Positions 1-13,200 of a stretch of DNA of 64,000 nt are shown here, piece by piece (position 1 is the first letter of the stretch; the number at the start of each line of letters is the position of its first letter). The notes below the pieces were generated by a model. It had not been told where the DNA came from. It saw only the letters and a program-made list of their open reading frames with translations, and made no database searches. Source of the DNA: Thalia democratica (lineage: Eukaryota); NCBI GenBank assembly GCA_965202585.1, contig OZ241830.1:43152001-43216000 (forward strand), given 5' to 3'. Position numbers and translations under genes: made by a program.

Positions 1-967
1 TGGTTATAGAATAGAATACTTTGACAAAAAAATTTAGCAGTATTTTTGAATTGTTGGTGTTTAAGACTTTCTTGAAATACAGAAAAATAATTTGAAACTG
101 AATTCAAATAGTTGATATTTGTACTATTGTACTACTTCATAAATCTCTTTTTTAAGCGCCAGCAGTTTCAAAGATCAAAAAATTTCTTAGCGTGTTTAAA
201 CAAATAGCTACGTCTACACTCAAAAATGTGATAAAGTAAAACTATAAACATTCGCATGCAATATGCATTTCAGCGTGAAATTTTTCATTAAATTTTTATA
301 AACATAAACTTTAGAGCGAAAAGATTTAAAAATGTATGAAGTCTGACACAAGTCGCTAAGCTTGGGTGTTACATTGTGAAGCAAAAAAAGTATAAAATAT
401 TTATGCAAAGGGAAAACTAAGTGAATAATCTAAACAAGCATAAACAATTTAAGACGTGAATTTTCTTGCTTTTAAAACAACCGTCACCTTAGTGTTTTGA
501 ATGCAACCTCAAATTAAAGCTTTGTATCTGTAAGTGTATTTAAACCTTTAAAATTTAATATGACGGGGAAGAAAGTGAAAAACAAAAAAGAAAACTGTAA
601 GTTTAGCTACTTGAAAAACAATAAATTATTCAAATTAACATTAAAAAGAAGCTACTGAACAAAATGGAATAGATCAAAAGAAACAAAAAATTATAACGAA
701 TAAAAGTTTTAGAGAAAGAACTGCAGCACAACTATGAAGTAAGTTAATATTATTTAAAAACTCATGCATTTAATAAATTGTTTGACAAATTAATTTTTAC
801 ACAAATAATGTTTGGAAAGGTGAAAAATACAAGTTTTCAAAGAAAAAAGTATTAATTTTTACTTTTAACTGTGAAACTATTTTTAGTGCAGTTTCTTTAA
901 GAAATAATTTTAACTTATAAATATTTATTCCAAACAAGAAGCCTTGCACTGAATTTAAAATTCTCAC

Positions 968-1230
968 CTTCACAGACGTGATCCTCAGGTAAGAATCGTA
1001 GAAGTAAAAGAAGGCAGCTTCGGTGTTACCAGTAGAAACGAGCTGCTGCTTAACCAGTTTCAACCCGTTGCGATGGTAGTTTATGGTTGACGCGTTGTTC
1101 TGAATGCATTCAATTTCGCTGTTTTCCGTGTTGCGTCTAATGTCGACCACATTTTGGTCGTGCAATACTCTCGTTAGCTTCTTACCGTTCGACTGAGAGT
1201 TGTATTGGTAGATGACTTTTCTACTGCCAT
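968..1230 (-). CDS. TENM: Teneurin exon, YD repeats (RKVIYQY...FFYFYDSYLRITSVK); last exon visible
   Basis: aacAG / GTGAGA; resembles recalled RKVIYKY and F.Y.YD..FR motifs. Confidence 0.92.
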
Positions 1231-4200
1231 CTGTTATAATGTAATTTTTAGTTGTTAGTGCACACACGTATTTGTATGCAAACAAGTTTACTCTAAAAAT
1301 CATTAGATAAAACTTTGTAGCAGCTTTGTTAATTTTGTAAACACTTTAAGCTGCGTAAGTGTTAAAAGATCATCCTAAAGTTTTGATCACAAAAACAAAC
1401 GATCGTGTAGGAATTTCTCACACGTATTGTATTTGTAAAAAAAATAGCAATTTTTTCTTAAGTTTTTCTTTTAATTTATGTAGTTTTTACCTTCTCCTGG
1501 ATAGTAAATGGACAAGATATTTCCAAGATCGTCTTTGTCGATTTCGACAAGAGCTTCCGAGTTGTAGTCAATTCTGTTTCTGACAAAACCGATTCCCTTG
1601 AACAGCTTCTTTTTATAAGTGTTTCTTGAGGGTAACATGACTTGTTTGAAGTTCATACTTTCATCGAATTTAAACAAGTAAACCGACTTAGAGTTTGAGT
1701 TGTCCGTATTTCTACTTAGCATAATAACCTTGAAAACAAATTACCTTCAGATCTTAGCTTTTATTATATTACTTTTTTAAAGTTAAGTACATTATTGTTT
1801 GCTTACTTTTATAAAGCGTTTAGCTTTTATAATTTTTTTTTATAAATGTAAAAAGAAAATTTTACACTCACGTCATCGCTTTTGTCATATCGAACTTGCC
1901 ACCTAGAACCGTCAGAAAACTGAATATTTTCAACAACCACATCTTTGTTACCGTTCTCGTTCTCATAAGTGTACCTTTCCAACATTTTGTCGTGCTTCCA
2001 GCTTTTTATCAAACCACCGTCAACTGCCAAACTTGATTTTGTGTACTCAACACTTACGTCGCCATCTAATTGAGAATTTGACCACTTAGTGGGCTGCCCT
2101 AGCTCATTGTACTGTAGAAGAAACATTTTGTAAATACAATCATACATGTACTTTAACAAAATCTAAGATAAAAAAAAAAGTTAACATTAATAAAAATTAA
2201 CTGAAGGGTTCGGACAAAACACTTAAAATGTTAGTACAGTATGCTTTATGTATTTGTTATTTGTTTTAACTTCAAAATTTTTGTTAACCAAACAATTATA
2301 GACGAAATATTACTAAGACGTAACTTAAGACGTCATAGAACAAAATACTCACCTTAATATTAATCTTTAACTGTGCGTGGTCGTCATAAACTTGCTCAAC
2401 CATAGTTTTTCTCGAGTAGTCTAAAGAAAGCATGTTTCTCCCGTTGACTCTCATTTTCCTCTCCATTGTGACATCATCAACTCCCGGATAAGTTTTCTTT
2501 CCGGAACTTAGCTTTCTCCACTCTACTTCATTGACAACCGGAAACTCTCCTCCGGCCATTTCTGCTTTTCTTGTGGAAAGAAAAGGTTTGGAGGGATATT
2601 TTGAAATTTGGTTACTAGGCAACGGCTTTGTTTGCATAGAAACTGTGCTTCCATCGGAGTACATGACTTTTATTGAGTCGTCGCTGCATCTTTTGAAACT
2701 TGTTGTAGTCCCTATTTGTAGATGTTATTAATTAATTAAAAGTTTTCATTAATATTGTAAAGAATATCTATGATAGAATTATTTCTTAACTTCTCAGTAA
2801 AAACTATAAATTCTTAAAAATTGTCTTATTAAATCAACTACCTTTTTAGTAATATATGATAGTGACAAACGTTTAAGTCAGTGCTTCTGAAATGGGGTTC
2901 CGCGGAACCCTAGGGTTCCGCGAAGCCTTTCGAAATTTAAAAAAGGAATTTGAAAGAAACAAAAAACTTAAATCGTAAAACTTCAAAAAAAATGTAACAC
3001 ATGAAATGGCAAACATTCATAATTATAGCATACATTCATCTGCTTAGTGTGTATCTAGCGGTAGGACTTTTAATGGGTATTCATTATTAATAGGTGTCCT
3101 GGTTGCGCAAATTTTTGCAAATTTTTTGAATTTCTATTTTTAGTGAAGTCATGAAAACACTGGTATTATCACTAAAGTAAACAATGTAGGAGCAATCAAA
3201 ACAAATTCTAAATGTTTACACAATAAAAATAAGTAAAAAATCTTATCAGAAACTTATTTCTGGTTTATTATATTGTTTCAAATGCTGTGAAAATGTTTAA
3301 AATATGTCTATTAGCTTGATTTAAAATTTAATATGTATAAAAGCTTTTTTTTTACTTAAGAAATGCTACTATAATTTAAAAAAAAATCTGGCCAGGCCTA
3401 TAAAATTTTTACAGAAATTGAATATAAAATAGTTTTTTTAGACTTACATAATAGAAAATGATACTCTAATTTTTAAAAGTTGTGGCCAGGTCTTAAACAG
3501 AAAACGAATGGCTGTAACTATCTGAAGATAGCAACTTAAAATTGAGTTTAAAAGGGAAGGAGCTTTTAGATTTTAGGATATGTGCAATTTCAGAGTACCC
3601 CGTCTTAGCAAAGCGTGCAGTTAAATTTCTTTTACCATTTATCACCACTTATTTTTGCGAGTCCGGTTTTTGGCATGTAACAAACATTAAAACGAAGCAA
3701 AGGAACTGTATGCTGACTCCAACCATAAATGCTTGTCTCCGTCTCAGTCTATCCAAAATCCAGCCGCGCATTGACATGCTTGTTGCTAAAAGACAAGTTC
3801 AAGTTTCGCACTAAATGTTTTTTTTTTATTTTTCGTTAGGCATCTTACCTGTTTATTACATTAATCTGTGATTTAAATTAGGTTCATGTTCATTTCCTTA
3901 TTGTTTGTAACTCTCATTTTCTTTGTATTATGCAAAAAAAGATTTTATGACGTTGCGATTAATCATGTTTGTTTTTGTTTAATTATTATAGGGTCATGAA
4001 ATACCTATTGCCTCTGGCGCACTTTGAGTTTTACTCGACTTAATTCTAATACAATTGGTATGATTTCTAACAATGATATAGTTTTGCAAAAAAAATCGTT
4101 TTTTACTGATTATTTTTTTGGTTTTTGGCAGGAAATATTATATCAAACATTATATGTAAAATTAAATTAGGGGTTCCGCGGAAAAGTTGAACTTTGGAAA

Positions 4201-7200
4201 AGGGTTCCGCCTGTAGAAAAAGGTTCAGAAGCACTGGTTTAAGTAACCTAAGTTAGTTGTATAAAAATATAGTTTTAAATACTTTATAATGAGCTACTTA
4301 AAATTTTGTATGTACCTGTTTCGGATCTCTTTTTAACCAAATCGCAAATAAATCCAGGTTGTGTTAAAATTTCGGTCGTGTGGACAAAACCAGCAGGGTC
4401 TGGTCCAATCATGGGCGACGCAGTCACTATTTTCACAACAAACTCGTCTGTGTTCGACTTAATCACACTCAGTGACGTCATGACACCAGAAGCAGACGTC
4501 ATAGTGGTCAATCTACCGCTCGGTTCATACTCATAGTAAGTTTGAGAAATGCCGTTTCTCACCAAACTGGTGAGCAGTACGTCATCGTTGTAGTTGGCAT
4601 CCATCAGTGAGCCGCCGAACACACTGCTCCGAATTTCAGATAAATACCCGTCTGAATTTTTCGTGATGTCCAAGTACTGCCGATTCGGGAGTGTAATCTG
4701 TTGAAGTGTAACCACATTAAACCTGTTAGGCAACTTCTTAATCTAGATTGAATTTGTAGCTAAAATAAAAGGTGTAAAAGAAAAAATATAAAGTTTAGTT
4801 TTTGGAAAAAAATATTATTTTGTTATCTAAACTTAGGTACTTACAACGTATTAAATAACAATTCTTTATATCACTTTTAAATAACTGCTTTACTGTAACC
4901 GTATATAAGTAAAAATTTAATAACGTTTATAATGAATTTAAAGTTTTATAGTTTTTTGGTCAAAAGTAATAAAAATATTACTAAAAAAACTGAAATGCAT
5001 AAATGGTATACAACCTATATATATGAACTAATACCGTACTTGTATTCAAACTTAGAATGATTTTCTACGCTTAAATTTTTGCATAGTGAGAACTACTTTT
5101 ATTACGGCTGGCAAAAAAAATCGAACTTTAAACTAGTTTATTTATTAAATCATTTTTATGCCAAACCTTAAAGTTTTATCCTGTTTTCGCTCTGTTTAGC
5201 TTTCATTAATTTTATAAAATTTCAATAACAACTTTTTACTCAATTGCGAAATAGTTTAGTCAATATCACATAACAATTTAGTTGCATAATTAAAGAGTAA
5301 TATCAGTTTGTACAAAGTAAAATTAAATGTAGTAAGTTATCAATCTAAGGTGAAAAATTTTAATGTATTTGAATAATAAAAAATAAAAGTGTAAGCTAAT
5401 CATCACTACTACTTTTGGTAAAGTATAGTATCACATTTTTTTATAAAATACTATATGATACTTGAAAATGCATGTTATTGTATTTCATAAATTTATTTAC
5501 AAAAGTTTTTTTTTTAATCAAGCTAAAAAGTATATGTTACCTTACTTAATTTACATTTGTGTTATTTAAAATTTAAGCAAACCTGTGTACTATAGTCAGA
5601 AGTTGACTCAAATGTTAGTCTGTTGTTAAACTGGTCGGTGATTGAAACGAGGTTTTTGTATGTGTCATAAAGAAACTTGTACATAATAGTTCCAGTGATC
5701 AGGTTTCTGGTTTCCTTGTGTTCGTAGCCTGAAGAGTCGAACACGTAAAGCTCGTTATTGTCGGGATTCGAAACTTGGTACTGGTTTTTAGAAGTCATTA
5801 CAAAGTCTGGTTGATAAACCTAAATAACAAAAGTCCATAATGTTTTTTAAAGTATCTAAAAAAATAGTAGATAAATATAAAGAAATATATTTTAGTTTAT
5901 GAATTAGTTTCCGATTAACTGGCATTAATTTTTTTCAAACAAAAATAGTATACCTGTGTACAAGCTTTACTTACTTTTCGGATTCTGAAGTTCCGTTGAT
6001 CACATACAAACACTGCGTCGGTATCCACAGCAACCGTCACGCTTGACAAACCAGTAAATTGAGCATTGTGGGCAAAATTATCGTCACCATAGAAACAGTC
6101 GCAATCGATAGATGCACAATCGCAATTTGAAAACTTTCCTGCTATTGTGGTTACTTTGCCGCTGTTGATATATTAAAATTTTGTTTACATCAAATTTGCT
6201 TTGCGTTTGAAGTCGATTTTATGGACAGTTTTCGAAAAAAATCTCAATTGTTTACTTTTGAAAAGATAAATGAGTTTCTTCAAGCACTTTTAGTAAATTA
6301 GGAGATACCTATTGCTAAACGGATATTTCATTTGTGTGTAAAGGTTACTTTATTATCAAATTTGAATCGTGATAGAAAAACGCAACAATTAAATTATAAG
6401 ATAAAGTTATAGCTTATAAATTATTACTTAAAACTATAAGCATAACAAAACATTTTTGTGTGCTTTATTTCCGGAACAAGTTTAAATAAATGTAATTTTA
6501 CTATAATTCAGATAACTAACTATCAGAATAATAAATATACGATTCACATACTAGAAATACTGTCCAGAAATTTATCAAAATTGTAAACAAAGCACTTTTT
6601 TACTCTAGGTCGGTTTTAAAACAATTTTGAAACATATTTTTAATTAACAAAAGCACACAATTAGTCATAAAAAAAAAGATTTCTCACTAATTCTGAATAA
6701 AGTCACCTGAAAACGTCGTATCTTAACACTTGTTCGACCTGGTGTCGGTCGCTCTCAGTGATGTACAGAGCCCCGTCGACGTGAGAGACCGATACGTCGG
6801 TAGGAGCCACCAATCGAGTTTCCTTCGCTTTCCTGTCAACAAATGCGAGTGATTAAAAATCAATTTGCTTCCCGCTGTCAATTACTTTGTCGCGCATTTA
6901 GTTTTTAAACTTGCTAAAGACCAAGCGGTGTTTTGTGAGCAAACATGTAGCGATTGTGCAGAGCTTTTAAGTATCAATTATATTGTGCTCAAGTAAAAGT
7001 ACATTGCGTTAAGCAAACATTGAATAATTGCTTAAATTGCTTTTGCACCTCGAAAACTTTTGTAAACAGTTTTCTTCAATTTAAATGAAAAGAGACAAAA
7101 TGAATGCAACAAAACGCAACAAGGAGATTAAAACAGGGTTTTAATCCAATAAAGTTGAAGGTAGCCCTAATCAAGCAAACCTTTATTTGTTTTACTTGTA

Positions 7201-10200
7201 GCTTTCACATAAAGCAAGAAAAAACGCACTAATGTTTCAGTAAAAGCCTATTGTAAAAAAAAAACAACTAATTTCATGTTCGAAAGATTCACAATAAAAA
7301 TAAAGTAGCTCAACAGTCAATAAATTCTTTGTTTTTATTGTTTAACTTTTGCAAGGCTTAACAAACCGGACGCTTCAAGTTTTAATTGCTGACCTGTCGA
7401 CGTTTTGATTGTCTTCAGTTGTAAAAAAATTCGAGGCCAGGTGGCCGCATTGGATGGGAACGCCGACTACTAATGACGCTTGACTGTGACGTATGTCAAT
7501 CTTTATTATTACGTCATTATCCAGCAAGTACAAGGCGTCTTCAAGTGAACTGTACGTCAGCGCAGAGGGGAATATTAGCTCGAGCTGTTTAAAAGTATAC
7601 TTTAATACAGCTATACATAAAGATAGTTTTTTTTTTTAATAACAATTTATAACACAACAGACTTTGGATTCATGTAGTACGTTGTAAGATTTTAAATTTT
7701 ATTAAAACATTTTAAAAATTTAGGAACTGTTTACCTATCAAAAATAATAGACAAGTAAATGATCATTCATTAACTGCAGATGTTATGTACACTTTTACCA
7801 ATCAGGCTTATAAAACTTTTAACTGAAATTGATTATGTCAGAAGTAAAAGCTATAAAAAAACTAAAGTTTTAAATTTTATATGTTATAGTTTAGCTTGAA
7901 CATTTTTAATATAGTTTTTACCTGATCTAATGTTATTGAACCCTCGCATGGAAGTGGCCTGGTGCCGTAAATGCTTTGGCTACCGGCAAAATGACCAATT
8001 ATACCGGTTTCAGGATCGATTGTCCTAATTGTGTTACCATCAACAAAATACAATCTTCCCTTCAAATCGACTGTTATTCCCTTTGGTGCAGTTAATTTAG
8101 CTTGTATTGCTGAATTACCGTTCCCACAGTTATCTAACGACAGTTAAACTAGACTTGATAAAAATACTTAACAATTTATTGTAAATTACTATTTACTGGA
8201 AAACAAAGGCAAACATCAAAAGTCATTAAAATCTGTTTTTAACTGCTTGAGTTGATGTTTTATAACATGTTAGGAAGTACAAGGTTAAAACAACATCACT
8301 ACAGTTTTAATAAGCTTTAAGCTAAACAAAAGCTATACAAAAACATGTATGTGTTTAAATAAAGCATAGTTTACTGCAATTATTAAAAACTCTTTTAAAA
8401 AACATTTTTTATGTTTAAACTCATTTAACCAACTGTGTTTTTGTTACTTCAAAACTGAAGTTCAGTTTAGTTTACAAAAATTATCTAACAATATTATTTG
8501 TTATTCACAGGTAAGCTCACCTTTCTCATTGCTGAAACAGTTTTCCCCAGTTCCAGCAACAACAATGTAATTGTTTCGAACAGATTGTTTATTCCAATGT
8601 CTAATGGTATTCAGTTGAAGGTCGCTTGATTTCAGTTTGAAAATCCTTTTGCTCCTAGTCAGTGTGAAGTACACATCACCATTGGCACTTGCAGCCAAAT
8701 AATACTGCAGTTAAATAAAAGTTCAGTGAGTTTGTTTATCAAAACAATATCAAGGTCAAAGGCAACTTTTGTCGGTGAAAGTTTTCGTAAAGTTTTTTTG
8801 AAAGGATCTAATTTGATAAAGTTAAGGTAAGTTTGTATTAGTACTCATTTTTACTACAATAAAACTAAAAAAAAAAGAACTAGCAACGCTACTTTACAGC
8901 AATAAAAAATCTAACTTTTTAGACACATACCAATAACATATATCTTAGTCGACTTATATACACTAAAAACTTTAAAAAAAATTGAAAAGTTGAAAAGTTG
9001 TCTAACTTTTTCGTGGTCGACCAATTCGTAGAGTGAAAATATGTTTCCGTCTTTGTCAATTTTTTTGATAAACTTGTAATCTCCTACATATATGTTTCCT
9101 TTTTTATCGCTTGCTAGCGTCATTGGAGAAAATAGTTTTGACAAGCTAGCGTTTTGTCCTGTAAATAAAATATTGATAAATAAAATGCATCATTTCTTTT
9201 AGAGTTTAATTTAACAATCATGCTGACTTGTTTTTAACATGAAGAACACTACAAAGAAAAGATTACAATCCTTAAAAACTGTTAAGTTAATTTATAACTT
9301 TATAAATAAATTTTAAACTTAACCTTGTTCAGACACTATGAGTTATTAGCTTGTGGTTTTAGAACACGCTTGTAAACAATTAAAAGATTTTATTGTGTTA
9401 ATATGTAAATACAACTTATAACACCTACAGGTTTTATGTGCAAAAATTGTTAACAATAATAAATACATTAAGATTTATTTGTTTTTATAAGCACCGCCAT
9501 TAATAAGTTCAAAAAAAGTTTAAGTAAAACAAATGTGACAACTATAACAAGGCAGGTAAATGTTTTTATTTTATTGCCGGTCGTTTAAAGTTGAAACAGG
9601 TATAAAAAGTAGCTGTTTTTCCGTTTTACTTTAATAACTTGTATTTACAAGATAACTTAAGTACCATAAAAATAAATTTTGAACTGAACTTGACTTTTGA
9701 TAAACTGTACAACTTAAGTTTTTTACTACAGCTGCATGTTTAATACAAATTTTCAATTGTTTTATTTAAAGAAGTAATAAAATTATTTCAAATATTTTAG
9801 ATCTGTTTTAATTTTTTTAATTAAAATATTTCAAATAAATTGAATTTGAATTTGTAAGTAAGCTAAGGTATTTTAAATATGAATTTTTTTCTTCATTCAT
9901 AAGTTAATTTTGTATTTAGAAATTAAAGAATTACAAAGTATATTTAAATTAAAAATTGATCTAATATTAAAAAGAATAATTATATTCAAAATCTAGTACG
10001 TCTTTACCGTTTAGATGAGTAGTTACGTCCAATTCTTGATCTCCGTTTCCAGCAACGGTCTCCACTATTCGTGGCTGCTTTTTGAACGAAACCTCTCCCC
10101 CGTCACCCATGTACAAGGTTTTTCTTTCGGGGAAGTACCTATGCTGAAGGTTGAGAGACCAAAGGTCGAATGGCGCCACTTTGTTGCGATAGTGCATGTT

Positions 10201-13200
10201 GTTTGTAGTGTACACGTGGAATCCTTGGATTTCCGACACCTGGCTTTTCCAAACAACTTGTTGGCTTTTGTCGTCGCAAACTGACACTACGTATCCAACA
10301 CGAGCTGTAAAAAATATACATATATACTATAATTATCGTAAAACTGCTTACGGATAACCATAAGAAAAACATTTAAAAATTTTTTAAAAGCATTTAAACA
10401 ACTAAAAATCTTACCTTCAACTGGAACAACACCAAATACTTTTTGGTTGTACGCATCCAAACCATCCCAGGTGAAAGTGTAGTTTAGACTCGAAACAACT
10501 TCTAATGTTTCCTCATGCACGGCACCTTCGACTATAATCTGAACTCTAATCTCATCAACTACATCCACAAGTGGAACTTCACTGTCACTTATCAGAGACA
10601 GTTTTAGTACGTTTTTGTAACCAAAAGTTCTGCTACTAAGGTATACTAAAGAAACTCCAGCCATTGTAGGAAACTTAAATTCTTCTCGAACGGTCTATGT
10701 AAAATAAGTATACTTCAGCAAACACGGAAACTTTATAAAATTGTTTTCAGAGTTAAACTAAGAGTTAGTTTTTTACATATTTTTTTTATGACACAAGATA
10801 ATTTAGATACAAATATTTAAGTTAAAACAAGGAAGAATTTATTTTTTTGAGTATTTAAAGATAAAAAACTTTTTCTACATTAACAAAGTTTACCTGAGTT
10901 TCTGGTATATAGTTGCTTGAATCTCCTCCGCTGGTCCAAGAGTTGACGCTCGTGAGCACAACTTGAGGCTGAGGAAGCTTCAACTTGTCAGTTCTTTGTT
11001 TGCAATCTGACAGCTTTGAATCAGCCTTTATGTTGCTCAAGCTGGCCGTCGTGTAGTAGTTTAATGGCTTTTGTTGCAGCAGCCTTGTCGTTGCTAAAAC
11101 AACAAACTTGTTCTTGCTGACAAACACCGGGGAAGTGATTGTTTGCGTAAACGATTGTCTTGTTATTTCCAATGAAACTGCTGACCCACCAACCACTACC
11201 AAGTCGAACCTAAATTTGTAGTAAGTATTAGAAAAAAATATGAATATGTTAATACATAAATTTTTTTTAAATTCATATTTCTAAAAATGACCTTAAATTT
11301 TAACTAAATAATATTTCAAAGAACTTTAAACAAAATTCATGTAAATATTGCCATATAGTATTTACTAACCATCCGTTAAGTTTTGTTTTAGTCATAAAAC
11401 CCGAAGCCCCGACTACTTGCACAACAGCTCCGACTAGTGGCGATTCATCATCGTCTGAAACTAATTGACCTCGCACAACACTAAGTTTTCTGTTTAAAAT
11501 TAATTAATAAAAACAAATGAAATATCTTTTTTCCTTGTTACTTGGATCAAAGCTTCAGTTTAAAATTTCATCAGGCATGCAGTTTTAAATTATAAAAAAA
11601 ACAAGCTATAAGTTATTAAAAACACGTTTCAACTCAAAGTGTTCTTTTTAAATACTTAAGCCTCGTTCTTTGAAATTGGTCACTTCATAGCAAGCAGAGG
11701 TTTAAAAGCCAACCGCATCAGTCTTGACATTCGAATGGGATAAGAAGATAATTCCTTTCTGGCTTTACTTGCGTAGGGTGAACTTCGTTTGAGGAAAGAA
11801 TTTATAAGAAGCAGGCTTATTATCAATAAATAATGACCTCTGCTTGCTAATTTAACTCTTATGGTGTCTCTTTGTACTATCTTTATATGAGCGCAATCAG
11901 CCACACTGGCTATTTTAATAAAGTTTTTGGAACAGCTATTTTACGAAGCAGTCTACTTATGCATTTCAAAACAAACAGTTTATCTATCTACAATGCACTA
12001 GCTGAAATCAACTTACTCATACTGTGGCTTGTCAATGCTGCTTCGCGGGTTGTTTTTGTTTTGCTCGCGTATGAGAAAGTCAATTCTTTTACTAAACGGT
12101 GATGTTGACACCAAAGGTATGGGCCTCCTGCCAGCAAGAACTTTAGGGTCCACCCCAGAGGAGCACTGACGACTGTTAATGCACGCGTCTTTTAAACAGC
12201 AGTCTGGGTCTTGACAGTCAACTAAACCATCTGAATAAAAATGATAATAAGTAAAACATTGTTTAGCATAAAATGTCTAAATTGAAGCAAAATATGATTG
12301 TAATAGGTTTCTTGTGTCTCCTACCAGTAATTTTTGTCATAGTAAGAAATATACATGTTAGTTAGTGTAGTTTTGACTTTATTAATGATTGTACTCTTAA
12401 GTTTAAGCAAATAATCTTTGATTTTTAACTTTCATACATAATGTCATTTAAATTGCTATAATAAAATATAACTCATTGTAAAGGTCTTGTTCCACATTTG
12501 CTTAAAAATTTATTTCGGTTTTAGTTTAAACACCTATCAACGAAGATAACATACTACGTGTGTAAACATCAAGTACTAATAGTAACCATTATCGTTGTCT
12601 CGTGCGTCGCTGCAACTGGCCTCCATCTTCTGTTCACAACCTCTGCCCTTCCTCCCTTGCCTACATTTGCACTGCCACGTCATCGTGATGTCGTCAATCT
12701 CACAAACGCCGAATCCCGAGCAGTTGTTCGGACACCCGTCTGAAAAGATAGTAAGAGTTTTAAGCAAAGTAATTTACTTTTTCTAGATTTTAAATTTAAA
12801 TTCTAAACTGATTCTAAGAGTCAAGACGGCGCCACTTATCAAAGCTTAATGAAAAATTAAATGCATAAGGTTAGCTTTTTGTAAATTTGACAGTATTTAT
12901 TTGATTCTGAATGCGTAATTTTGATTCAAAACACTTTTTTGTTGAAGCTTGTCAAATAAATGCTCTTAGAAAGTTTTAATTAAGTCTCACAGCGTTGGTA
13001 ATGAAGTAATCGTATTGATTTTTGTTGAGATAATCATTTGTTTAAAGTCTAATAAAAACATTGTAGCATAGTCTAAGTTATATAATTAATTAACAGCTGA
13101 AAAAAGACTAAAACAAACTTTGAGCTAATACTAATATAAAAATCCAAGTTTATTAAAACTTAATCTAAGTATTTTAGTATAAACAGTTATTTAAACTGAT

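Noticed and set aside
10015-10372. Overlapping alternative or antisense ORFs; the same applies to 2531-2731, 4306-4536, 12558-12786, 15384-15581, 19521-19712, 20859-21080, 59027-59236 and 60441-60626
   Set aside because: Explained as antisense or out-of-frame reads of true exons.
11680-11904. 74-aa minus-strand intronic ORF, and the similar 89-aa ORF at 13267-13536
   Set aside because: No recognisable domain, and the flanking exons already join in phase without them.
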